The notes below the pieces were generated by a model, which was not told where the DNA came from, did not search any database, and saw only the letters and a program-made list of their open reading frames with translations. A stretch of 64,000 nt of DNA from assembly GCA_034226945.1 (NCBI GenBank), contig CP120458.1, positions 558,001 through 622,000 of the forward strand, in the 5' to 3' direction. This DNA is from Picochlorum sp. SENEW3 (lineage: Eukaryota). A program made the translations under genes and the position numbers. Each line of letters begins with the position of its first letter. Position 1 is the first letter of the stretch. This document shows, piece by piece, positions 1 through 10,223 of the stretch.

Positions 1-2977
1 TATCGTTCCACTTGACCATTTCCTGCTGGATGATATGACGTTGTACGGCTCACTTCGATTTGGAAACACACATTCAGGCGAGCAGAAAAGTCATTCACGA
101 ATTCACTACCTCTATCCGAAATGAAACGATGCGATATCCCAAAACGCTTGAAAACATGATGAAAATACAGGTCAGCAATCTTGGCACCAGTTAACCCTTT
201 CTTGGAGGTAGCGACAATGACCACGAATTTGGTCAAACTGTCAACAAACACAACAATACAATCCACTATCTCCACATGACCAGAAACCGACAGTTCGACA
301 GCTGGAAAACCTGAACAAACGTCCATATGCACTGTATGAAAGGGATGTGGAGGAACTGGCAAAGCCTGAGCATTATTAAACGGCTTTTGAGTACTGTCCT
401 TGGCACACTGGCACACATGACAACGTGAGACAAACAAATGACACTCATGAAGATGATGCTTCCAATAAAAATGACGACTTAATCTGGCTTTTGTTTCCTG
501 GTGTGCTCCATGGACACACTGCTCATGAAACTGACGAAGAATATTTTGTCTGAGAGCATCAGTCTGTGGGCAATTAGGAATGATGATGACCTCACGACCT
601 CGATATTCACCTCTCAGCAATCCATTCTCCAATCGACAACTCCTGGGGTCGATTTTACGACACAAACGACTACATGTGCTGTAAGGTGCTCGTTGAGGTT
701 CAAGCACACAACGCAACAAAACAGATGTCCAGGGATCTTCCGAGTACGACTTCCGAATCGTATCACACATAAACTGAATTGGATCCGCCAGCTCGTTGGG
801 CTGTTCCGACACGGCTAGCAAATGATGAGGCTCGACATCTGAGGAGGGTAGAGTCTGTGCCTGATGCACCCCATTCGGCAATCTGGATAAAGGATCAGCG
901 ACCTTGTTCTTGGCACCTGGCAAATGACGAATAATTAATTGCCCATCTCGATACTGAGATAGCACTTGCAGGTAGCGAACTTCTCTTCGGCCCTTGAGAA
1001 GTTCTCGTTGTGTGAGCATACGAGCGGCTGCGGCGTTATCTGTTTCGACAATTACCTGGGGGGATTGTGTGAGGAATTTGGCCCACTGTTTGAGACAATA
1101 CACAATAGCTAAAGTCTCCTTCTCACAAATACCATATCTCGCTTCGGTATCAGTGAACTTGTGGGACAAGTACTCTATGGGCTGCCAGCCTCTACCTGTG
1201 GGATTCTGCATCAAAACAGCACCGAGGGCTAAATCACTGGCATTACATTGAATCAAAAACGGCTGAGTGGGCTCTGGCACAGCGAGAACAGGCGCACTGG
1301 TAATCAGCTTCTTCAATGTTTCAAAGGCTATTTGAGCTTGTGCAGACCACACCAGCGTTTTACCTTTCAGCAGCTCGGAGAGAATGGCGGCAATCTTTGC
1401 ATAGCCCTGACAAAACCGTCGATAAAAGTTTGTGAGACCCAAAACTGAGCGTAATTGAGATAGGTTCTCTGGAGGCTTCAATTGCTGGAAGGCTTGCACC
1501 TTCTGAGGGGTAACTTCTATTCCATTGGCAGAAATAACATGTCCAAGCCATTCCAAACGCTCAAAGAAAAAGAAACACTTGCTCGAATTCAAATAGAACT
1601 GATACTGACGGAGACGTTCGAACAGAATTCGTAAAATTTCAAGATGGCGTGGGACACATTCAGTACCTATGAACATGTCATCCATATAGAAGAACACTTC
1701 ACCGGTGGCAAGCAGATCCCCTAAAATTGAGGCCAAACGCCTAGAGAAATGACCTGGTGCTACTCGAAGTCCAAACGGTAGCACTTTAAACATGAACCGA
1801 CCTATCGGCGTGATGAAAGATGACAGTTCCATAGACTGACGATCTTGCAATCGGAGTTGCCAATACCCACTTGCACAGTCAAGCGAGCTGAGAACCTTGC
1901 GATGGCGAATCTTGCTGAGGAGATATTGAATAGGTGGCAAATCCGAAGCTTGATCCACGATGAGCTTATTAATCGCACGATAATCAACTACCATGCGCAT
2001 GGAGCCATCCTTCTTCTTGACAAACAAAACATGACTCCCAAAAGCAGATGTACTAGGTACGATGAATCCTTCTTTCAACAGCTCGTCAACTTTTTGTCTA
2101 AGAAAAGCCTCCTCTTCTGCTGTAGGCCATTTAAAGTATGTTTTAGGCGGTTGAGCGCCTTCTTTCAAAGACAATTTCACATCAAAACCTGGTCTTCGCG
2201 GCGGCAATGGCGGTAAACCCTGAACAAAGATATCTTGATTGCTATGCAAGAAATTCGTTAGTCTCGTATCATTCAAACCGACATGAAATTGTGATTTGGG
2301 AGAAGAAGCAGGCAATTCAACGTTCCCAACAAAGGGGTATGGAGAACCCTGATAATTCAATGTGCAGCAATATTCGACTTGGTCTGCTTTATTGTGCCAC
2401 AGATCAACCAGCTCGTCTTCTTCCATGAGCATGGCGCAAAGCGTCAAGCGACGTGATGTGGCATCAGGCGAAGGCAAAGATACTGAGGAAGTACTAGAAA
2501 CTGTTAATGTAGCAATACCCTCTGGCAGCGGTATGTGGATGCCTTGACTATCCCAGCGACCATTACGCTTCAATATCGATTCTAGCCAACCAAAAGGAAG
2601 TATTATATCATAAGGACCTGTAGGATGAATGTAAAAATGCATAGCTTGCTGGATTCTGTTGGATTGACCATTGATCATCACATCATAATGCAATGTCAAG
2701 TCACAGGCTTTTGTGATGCTGGGTCCAAAATCTTTTGTAACTGTGGACAACTGAATCGGTGAGATTTGCTGCAAAGGAAAGCCATACGTAGTAACAAAAT
2801 CAGCCGACATCAATGGATATGGTGTCGTGCACCCTGAATCAATAAGGACTTGTGCCGGATGTCCCTCACAAAACGCAATAAAAGTGGATGCTCGTGGCGA
2901 GTGCGACATGGAATGCAAACATATTGGAAGAATTTCAGCGGACTGGCCCGTGTCTGCTTCAGAACAGCCCCTCACTG
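1..2977 (-). pseudogene. pol: pol polyprotein (protease, RT, RNase H, integrase), disrupted by frameshifts/stops
   Basis: Manual minus-strand translation gives protease VLIDSGCT (~2830-2850), RT VFFYMDDMFI (~1670-1700), RNase H ASDLALGAVLMQ...WQPIEYLSHKFTDTEARYGICEKETLAIVYCLKQW (~1080-1245), and integrase-like sequence below ~600. No continuous ORF. Confidence 0.85.
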
Positions 2978-4285
2978 AAAATTTTGATAATAGCCTTGCA
3001 CTGGTTGTTGTAGTACCTGTTGGCCTTGGACTGGCATAGGCATCAGTGGCGCAACCTGGTTGACAAAGTGCTGCGGATTCCCATAACCACCTTGAGGCGC
3101 AAAGTGTTGCGGCGGTGTACCAAAAGAGTTCTGATAATTATTACCGCGATTCCCGAAATTGCGAGATGGGTGACCACCCCCACCTCGGCCATATCGTCTG
3201 GTGGGACCTCGATCATGGCCAGGACCTGGATTGCGGCCCCCTCTGTGTCTGACAGCAGGAATACCATAGGAATGCTCCTGATCCCAGCCCCCAGATCTGG
3301 CAGGCTTATGCCTCCAAGGACCACCTTTGTTCTGCTGTTTCGGAACCCGAGTAGAATTATAACCTGGCGTCGTCCTCTGGTTCGGTGCTTTAGACTGGCC
3401 TTGGTATCGCCTTGCTTTCCCCTTTCCCAGGGGCGAAACTTGTGCAACAGCAAAACACGGATCAGGTGCCGTATTGGGCTCAAAACCAGTGGCATACGTC
3501 TTGTTTTTGATCACCTCAGCACGACGCTCCAATTCTGCAAAAATATCCTCGATATCCGGAGAGCTTGGGTATCCCTGAGCTTCCAAATATGCCCGCAGAT
3601 AAGATCGAGCATACGGATTCAATTTCGACAGAAGATCTGTGACCAAAATCCGATCAAGAGAAAGGTCAGGGAACACAGCTGTAAACACATCCCGGTAACC
3701 AGCCAGGAAGAGCACCATGTCCTCGTCATCCGCCTGCTTCATATCAGCCATCTTGACCATGAGACGTCCTTGATAACCATGCCCATTCAAGAATTCCATC
3801 AGCTTGCGGGCTGTCTCGCCCCAGGCATCCCAATCTTCGTTGCCTGAGTTGGCCTCCTGGGCGTCTTTGAACCAAGTCAAGACGCGGTCCGCATGCACGA
3901 ACGCTTTTGCTTGTTGCAACATGTGAACAAAGTCTTCACAACTCACAGGAAGAGCCTGAGACCATCGAATGCTCCGACGAGTCCACAAAGCAACGCCCAA
4001 AGGATCCGTTTTGGGATCTGGAGGCAGATCTGGAAGCCCTTTTCCCAGCTTGGACCTCTCAATGGGGCTGCACGAGCGGATCGGCGGCACCGAGACATTT
4101 TGGACATGCCCCGAATTACCTTGGACCTCTCCATTGGCTTGCGGCGGCGAGACCGGCGGCGGCTGGCCACGGTTTTCCTCTGCCCCTGGAGGTGCCATAC
4201 GACCTCCTGTCACCTCCCGGCGACGCGGGTTCGACAAATTGCTTTGATTACTTCTGGTATTAGCCATAGTACCAATAAAACGCAC
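2972..4285 (-). CDS. gag: gag-like protein (probable ATG at 4267)
   Basis: 437-aa ORF just downstream of the PBS and upstream of the protease; G/R/Q/N-rich C-terminus; no CCHC knuckle seen. Confidence 0.75.
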   Translation of the reverse strand: MRFIGTMANTRSNQSNLSNPRRREVTGGRMAPPGAEENRGQPPPVSPPQANGEVQGNSGHVQNVSVPPIRSCSPIERSKLGKGLPDLPPDPKTDPLGVALWTRRSIRWSQALPVSCEDFVHMLQQAKAFVHADRVLTWFKDAQEANSGNEDWDAWGETARKLMEFLNGHGYQGRLMVKMADMKQADDEDMVLFLAGYRDVFTAVFPDLSLDRILVTDLLSKLNPYARSYLRAYLEAQGYPSSPDIEDIFAELERRAEVIKNKTYATGFEPNTAPDPCFAVAQVSPLGKGKARRYQGQSKAPNQRTTPGYNSTRVPKQQNKGGPWRHKPARSGGWDQEHSYGIPAVRHRGGRNPGPGHDRGPTRRYGRGGGGHPSRNFGNRGNNYQNSFGTPPQHFAPQGGYGNPQHFVNQVAPLMPMPVQGQQVLQQPVQGYYQNFQ

Positions 4286-4294
4286 TGTGTTTTG

Positions 4295-4306
4295 GTAGGA
4301 TCACCA
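4295..4306 (-). promoter_or_regulatory. putative primer-binding site TGGTGATCCTAC
   Basis: Begins with TGG 2 nt after the LTR terminal CA (minus strand ...CTAACA-TT-TGGTGATCC). The priming tRNA was not identified. Confidence 0.6.
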
Positions 4307-4308
4307 AA

Positions 4309-4858
4309 TGTTAGCTGTTGATTTGCAATAGCTTGAGCTCAGACTGCTTGGGCAGGAACTCAATGATATAGGTTCAGAACACGTGTGTGCGTTCTATCAC
4401 TTTAGATGTTAGTACAAGTTACAATAGTTACTTGCTTATATATCTTCCTTGACTGTTATTGTCGTCGCAATGCTTATATACCTTGGCAACCATCATGAGT
4501 AAATGGCTGTTCTAATTTAGATGATTTAAGACGTAACAGTATGATGGTCCAGGAGAGGCGGAGGGCATGCTGAGGCAGCCACGAGAAGGTGCCCTGGGAG
4601 TATATGGAATTTCGCCAAACTTCGGGTACAATTTGGTGGGGACATAATGTGAGATATGGCAAAATTTCAGCGCTCTTCGTCAAAAACTCTCCAAGTTATT
4701 GCCGAAAGACATCTTTTGTCACACCTGGACCATCGAACGCAGCTGGCGTAGGGCTAAAAGGATTCGGGTCCAGGGTCGAAAGTCGTCGGTTCGATTCGAA
4801 CCGTTCGAATGACAGCATATGATATGCAGTGGCATCATATCGCCCCTGGAGGGCAACA
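4309..4858 (-). repeat. candidate 5' LTR (~550 bp)
   Basis: TGTT...AACA termini and adjacent to the PBS. The second LTR is outside the window, so the outer boundary is inferred. Confidence 0.5.
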
Positions 4859-5120
4859 TTACTCTCTAATATGGTAATTTAAAATTCGTTGAGTGTCCAT
4901 GTGACACCCTGTATTACGAGGGCTGGAGCTCAGTGGGAGTGAAGAGATGCATGACCTGACCATATCCATACCTCGCTCGCGCTGGCGCGCACACTGCTAT
5001 TGCCCTGGTTTCGATGCGCTCCCTATTAAGCGCATCCGGCTTTCTTATAACATTATATACCTGCAATTCCTTCCTTTTTTCATCGCCTTCCATCCCTTTG
5101 GTGCTTTGCCAATCACATGA

Positions 5121-5296
5121 CCAACCGCTCCTTGCCCGCACACACGGGGCACCGCTACTGCTGGCCGATAGCCTCTGGCCATACAGAGAAGAGAGATTAA
5201 ATCGTACCTTACTGATCTTAAATATGCATATACTCAATCGACAGAGGCTATCGGCCAGCAGTAGCGGTGCCACGTGTGTGGGCACGGAGCGGTTGG
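5121..5296. repeat. long inverted repeat/hairpin (arms 5121-5177 and 5242-5296, 64-bp spacer)
   Basis: Perfect 29-bp core GCACCGCTACTGCTGGCCGATAGCCTCTG (5149-5177) with its reverse complement at 5242-5270; imperfect extension outwards. Confidence 0.9.
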
Positions 5297-5639
5297 TGAG
5301 AACCAACCAACTAACGCCCGTCACTCATGGTTGGGGCCAAGTCCACACCCGTTTCCTCCCTAGCATCCGAGACATCATATTTAGATGTATGTTTATATCT
5401 TAATTTTGCATGGTTGGCGGCAAGATCTGCTGACACCTGCAGGCATGAGAGGGGTGTGTGGTAGCTCGACGGTTACTGGACACTTGGCAGTATTCCTGTC
5501 AATGGGAAGACGCACCTATCTTTTTCTATCTAGATAATATATAAGATTTCATTTTACAAATTTTCGAATCATTACACTACTGCTTGAGGTGGGAACAGGC
5601 GTGTATCATATCTTGCAGAATGCGTCATCTTAGAAGAGT

Positions 5640-7631
5640 TCATTGATCAGAATCCATCTCCATCAATGCTACCCGCTTCTCATGAATTTCAGCGAGCAGG
5701 AGATTCTCCATGTTTTCTTCTGAGGTGTCTGAAGACTTTCTTTTAAGATATCGTGTCGCTGACCTAGGAAAGGGAATCTGTCCTTTCTTCATAAGGTCCA
5801 GTACTTGCAACTGTGACTCTGCAGTGTACGAGTAATTACTGCTTTTGCCAAGACCCATCGCCCATAAGCCGAGTGAGTCCCACCTCTGGCGCAGCAATTC
5901 CCGAACGCGACGCTTCCTTCTTGCTTGATCATCGCGACGCCTGGCCCGTGTCATCGGCCAGATCTGTGCCGCTCTGTTGTCTTGTGCCAGGGCAGTGAAA
6001 ATCCTTGATGAACCCACCTTTGGGCCGTACTCGATCATCATATACCACAGCATATCGTTGTATACACTTGACCACTTACTGTTCCTTGATCTGTTTCCCG
6101 ATGCATGCTGGATACACTGTTCCAGAGTGGCAAATCCTTTCGTGCCCATTAGTCCCTTTTTTCCAGTGCCTTTCCCTTTGCTCTTCCAATATTTTGTTTC
6201 CTTCCTCGACAGTATGTCTTCGGGTGTGTTCCACTCCGATACATCTTTAAGCCAGCATGCACGTGTGGCGCTGTCGCTCCATCTGTTTTGCCAGTTAACA
6301 GCACAGGTCTGCAATAATTTCAATGTGGGTGTGTGAACCCAGGACCACCCGTTCGTCTCTTTCTGTCGGATTCTCGTATTCATCGTGTGGATATAACTGT
6401 ATGTTAAGATAAGATGCAACTGAATAGGATGTTCAGAATCGATCTCGGCTTCAGATAAAATGTTCTTTGTACTGACAAGTTCTATCTTCATGGGAAACAT
6501 ACACCTATTATTTTGAACTTACCCTTTTGCGTAGGTCTGCCCCATTATGTGGCAAAAGACTGGTTCTTTCTTTGCTTCCTTGATTATCTCAATAGCCATT
6601 TTGACGTAGGGGATTTGCTCGTAGGAAGAGGCCACGTCACCCTTTGCTTCAGGGGTTGTGAACATGCCCCAGCATTTTGAGGCTTCTTCGGTTACTCTTG
6701 GGCAATATTCACGCACAATATGTTTGATAATATATTTTTGCTCCTCATTCAATGTCTTTTCCTCCGTTTCAACCGATTGAGGAATGACAGTATCCTCGAC
6801 CCCTGAAAAGTCGTTGGTAACGACCTTGGGGATCAACCTTCCAGTCCTCGTCATATTTCCACGGAATTCTGATGATATCTAATATAGTTGTTAATGTATT
6901 AATCAAATAATCCGAAAGCACTTCCAGATTTGCTACGAATGGTGCAGGTGACGAATGGTCTTTCGGCAAGAGATGCATCTGTGAAGGATTGATGGTTCCA
7001 TGATGGGCTAAAAGGCAATTCTCCAAGGTTTTGTTTGAATGGAGAATCGACACGTGACAGATTATCTTTTTACATGAGTCGGTTTGATGGTCGATGTGTG
7101 ACTGTGCGATCCGATTGCTCTTTTGTGCAGTAGATATTCATGCTGGACATGGTATTTGTGCCTTATCAAGGCAACAGGGTCTACATTTGCATCACACTGC
7201 ACTCGCACCACTCGAGTGTCACAAGGATTATCGTTTGTATCTTTTGGTGTCTGCATGTATTCCTTGTAAGCTGATGAGATCTCCTGACATTCTGCTTCAG
7301 TTGGTGGCATGTTCTCGTTCCCATCCTCAGCCATTAGAATGTTGCCATCTGTCGAGGGTTCGCATTTGTCATGTTCATCGGGTATGCCAAGCAGAATATA
7401 AAGTGATCTACTGAGTCTGGAGGCACTTTTTGCTACGTCTGCAGCAGATACCTTCCTGCACTCGTGGTCCCCTCGTGTATCTCGCTGTTGGTTGGCTTCG
7501 TACTGTCTCCAAGCCTTGTGCAGGCACTCGAATATCATGCATTCGTGTTTTTGATCAATAAAATAAATGTTTGAAGACTCTTTGTGTAAACGTAAAAGCA
7601 ACTTCTTCCCCTCCAGGACTGGGAAGGGCAT
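5640..7631 (-). CDS. hypothetical protein, fragmented (introns and/or frameshifts); possible CACTA companion
   Basis: Consecutive same-strand ORFs 7062-7631, 6769-7053, 6519-6854 and 5640-6500; GTAAGT donor near 6522; no recognisable domain. Confidence 0.45.
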
Positions 7632-7777
7632 TTGGTTGATATACCGTTCCGCTCAACGGTAAAACTCTTTCTCCGTGCGCAATTCACGCAAACATTCTCT
7701 TAACTTTCGGTACAGTTCCTCAGAGTCCATTATTTAAAAATTGTAATTACAGGAAATATTCGATCTTGATCCGTGAA

Positions 7778-8608
7778 CTATATGTACTTGCCTCTTGGAC
7801 GCTTCGGCTGCCTGGCTTCCGGATTCTGTCTCCTGTGGGTGGAGTCTTGGCCGTAGCTCTCCTCCATCCCCTGGCTTTCAGATGCCGATTGTCTAGAAAC
7901 TGCTGACCTTTCAAATGCACTTCTCTTTTTCAGGAGAAGAGATTTAATGGCTTGGCATTCTTTTAGGTACCTTTTGACTTCCTGCACATGTTTGCCAAAC
8001 CCGTCAAGATCTGGACACGTTTCTATCCTTTCAAGTTCTTTCATTATCGACTTTTCACAATCCTCGAGATCCATAATCCGATCATTGACTACTATCAAAG
8101 GGTTTCTACCAAAATGCGTCGTGTTGATGGATTTTGCTCGCACCAGGGATCTGTATGCAGCGCCCTTAATATTATCAACTTGATTCTGAATGGCCTTGAC
8201 CTCCTCAGCCTTTCTAGTGCGATCCACCATTTGTCTGGCGACTTCTGCTTCTTTTTCCAGTATTCTGCTTTGCAAATCTTTCATTAATGTGTCCCAAAAT
8301 ACTCTCTTTCCTGACAGACACTCAAGCATCTCAGAAGCCTTTGACACCAAAGCATCAAAGGGACAGGTACTTCCCATCTCCTGTAGAGCTTCCACAATAC
8401 CCTCCTCCTCTGTCTTCCTTAAAATATCTTCTGTTCGCGCCTGTATCTCAGTCAGCGCGGTTGTCGATGCTACAAGTGTTGTGGAGGCATCTCTGACTTT
8501 CTCTGCCCTGGCTGCAATGTAGGGATCTCCTGCTGCAGATTCGTACAGTTTTCGCACTTTCTTTTCAATATCCTGCAATTTGGCTTGGAGTTCTTTTTCG
8601 AGGGACAT
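7778..8608 (-). CDS. hypothetical coiled-coil protein
   Basis: ORF 7778-8722 with probable ATG at 8608 (MSLEKELQAKL); E/K/L heptad-rich; basic C-terminal NLS-like tail. Confidence 0.6.
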   Translation of the reverse strand: MSLEKELQAKLQDIEKKVRKLYESAAGDPYIAARAEKVRDASTTLVASTTALTEIQARTEDILRKTEEEGIVEALQEMGSTCPFDALVSKASEMLECLSGKRVFWDTLMKDLQSRILEKEAEVARQMVDRTRKAEEVKAIQNQVDNIKGAAYRSLVRAKSINTTHFGRNPLIVVNDRIMDLEDCEKSIMKELERIETCPDLDGFGKHVQEVKRYLKECQAIKSLLLKKRSAFERSAVSRQSASESQGMEESYGQDSTHRRQNPEARQPKRPRGKYI

Positions 8609-8666
8609 TCTTTCACGGGTCTCTCGCACAGTCTCGGGTATGGGAATGACGAGACTGTGTGGCCAA

Positions 8667-9236
8667 CTACATTGAGAATGAGGGTCGGTGAGAAAGAAAC
8701 TCGTCAACAACGATAGTTGCACAATTTACGCACTGCAGATTCAACTGAGAGTAAACCTCGCTTCTCATGATATTAATCTGATGATCTGTTGGTTGAAAAC
8801 TAATGCCTTCGATAGGGTCGTCGTCTCTGTGGGACAAAATCTTCGTAACAGTAACAAAGACACAACCATCTGGGCAACCACATTCCTCCGGACTGTAGCA
8901 AGCGTAGGCGCACTGTGCTATTTTATAAAAATTACCATCTTCTCTTCTATTGAGCATGTAATATCTCACTTGCAACCCATCCTCGTCCATGACTGGCAAA
9001 GGATGCCTCTGTTGGTCATCTTGGTCATCAGCCATGGGGGTGCAGGGCTTGATGCCGCAAGGGTCCCAGGACTCGAATGGAAAGTAACAAGTATATACCT
9101 GAAGAAAACATTTTCGAGTCCTAGATGAATTCTCAATTTGACTCCTTAGTTGATCCAGAATCCTGCGAGCAAAACCACAGGAGATTTTTCTATCAAGAGT
9201 AGGTTTGCAGTTGTCATGTTTAACTGTACCTGTCAA
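8667..9236 (-). CDS. hypothetical small Cys-containing protein (probable ATG ~9035)
   Basis: Open frame containing CAYAC..ECGCPDGC; part of a tandem minus-strand ORF array. Confidence 0.4.
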   Translation of the reverse strand: MTGTVKHDNCKPTLDRKISCGFARRILDQLRSQIENSSRTRKCFLQVYTCYFPFESWDPCGIKPCTPMADDQDDQQRHPLPVMDEDGLQVRYYMLNRREDGNFYKIAQCAYACYSPEECGCPDGCVFVTVTKILSHRDDDPIEGISFQPTDHQINIMRSEVYSQLNLQCVNCATIVVDEFLSHRPSFSM

Positions 9237-9438
9237 TTTTGGCAGTCGCAGCTTGCTGTCTTCCTTGTAGGCCGTGTAATTGGCAGTATTTGATAGATTC
9301 CTCTCGCCGTTGCTGAGGCTTCATGATGTTTTTCACAGTATCCTTCAAGTTGCCATCTTGGAGTGGTTGTGTTGACCCTTCCCACTTTCCATGAGTTCCG
9401 AGGTATTGTAGCACGTAGCGGGTCAGTCGCCCCGGGTC

Positions 9439-10014
9439 CTACAGAAGCAAGAATGCTATGATCGATGATGAAGAACGGGAAACCATGTCATGTAATGCCA
9501 TGCTCTGGATATTGTCAATCATCGTACTTCCCCCTGCATGTCCCCATATGCCTTCCTCTTCATTAAGGGTGGCACCGGCTGAGGCTCGCGCCTCGGATGT
9601 TTGTCCGTTCCCATAATTGATAGTATTATTGTTTCCGAATATAGAACCAATCTGTATGCCCCCTCCGGGAAGCGCCGGTGCCTCCATGGTCCTTTCCAAC
9701 TCCTTCATGAACAACTGGCAGCAGTTGTGGTGGGACTCGTTTAAAAATCCGCGTTCGGTCTCTATCCTCAGACGATTCAGCAACTCATTGCTAAGATCAC
9801 TTTGTATTGCAGATAAGCTTCTCCCAAGTTTGATCGATCCTATCAACCTGTCCATGAAAGACTCGTCTTCTCTGTATGTGAAAGACTCGTCCTCAAAGCT
9901 CATAGTGGCACCGTGATATCCCGTGTGCACTGCCGGATATGGTTGAACGGCAGAGTCGTCGTAGATATAATACGTTTTTAATATGTGCTTGAAAGATGCA
10001 ATCCAGGTATTCAC
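9439..10014 (-). CDS. hypothetical protein (probable ATG 9903)
   Basis: Protein-like composition; divergent from the CACTA transposase across ~320 bp. Confidence 0.45.
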   Translation of the reverse strand: MNTWIASFKHILKTYYIYDDSAVQPYPAVHTGYHGATMSFEDESFTYREDESFMDRLIGSIKLGRSLSAIQSDLSNELLNRLRIETERGFLNESHHNCCQLFMKELERTMEAPALPGGGIQIGSIFGNNNTINYGNGQTSEARASAGATLNEEEGIWGHAGGSTMIDNIQSMALHDMVSRSSSSIIAFLLL

Positions 10015-10223
10015 AATGAAGGATTCATTGAATGGCTGACAGCATCAACGGTTCAAACACAGCGATGTTGATTGTTAGCATTCAATACCGTGGCGGGATT
10101 TAAATCAAATTTGAAAACCGCAGGATCAGAACTCCATATACGTGCCAAAGCCACCATCTTTCGCATAATTAATAAAATATAATCGAAGATTTTCGGAATA
10201 ATCGTTGCGTTTCCCCTGATCGT

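Larger units (their letters stand above)
1..4858 (-). mobile_element. Ty3/Gypsy LTR retrotransposon (3' part runs off the window start)
   Basis: Minus-strand order LTR-PBS-gag-protease-RT-RNaseH-integrase; integrase downstream of RT/RH is the Ty3/Gypsy order. Confidence 0.9.

Noticed and set aside
3020..3847. 275-aa plus-strand ORF (and many similar antisense or overlapping ORFs in the track)
   Set aside because: Shadow frames of gag or the transposases, with no independent motifs.
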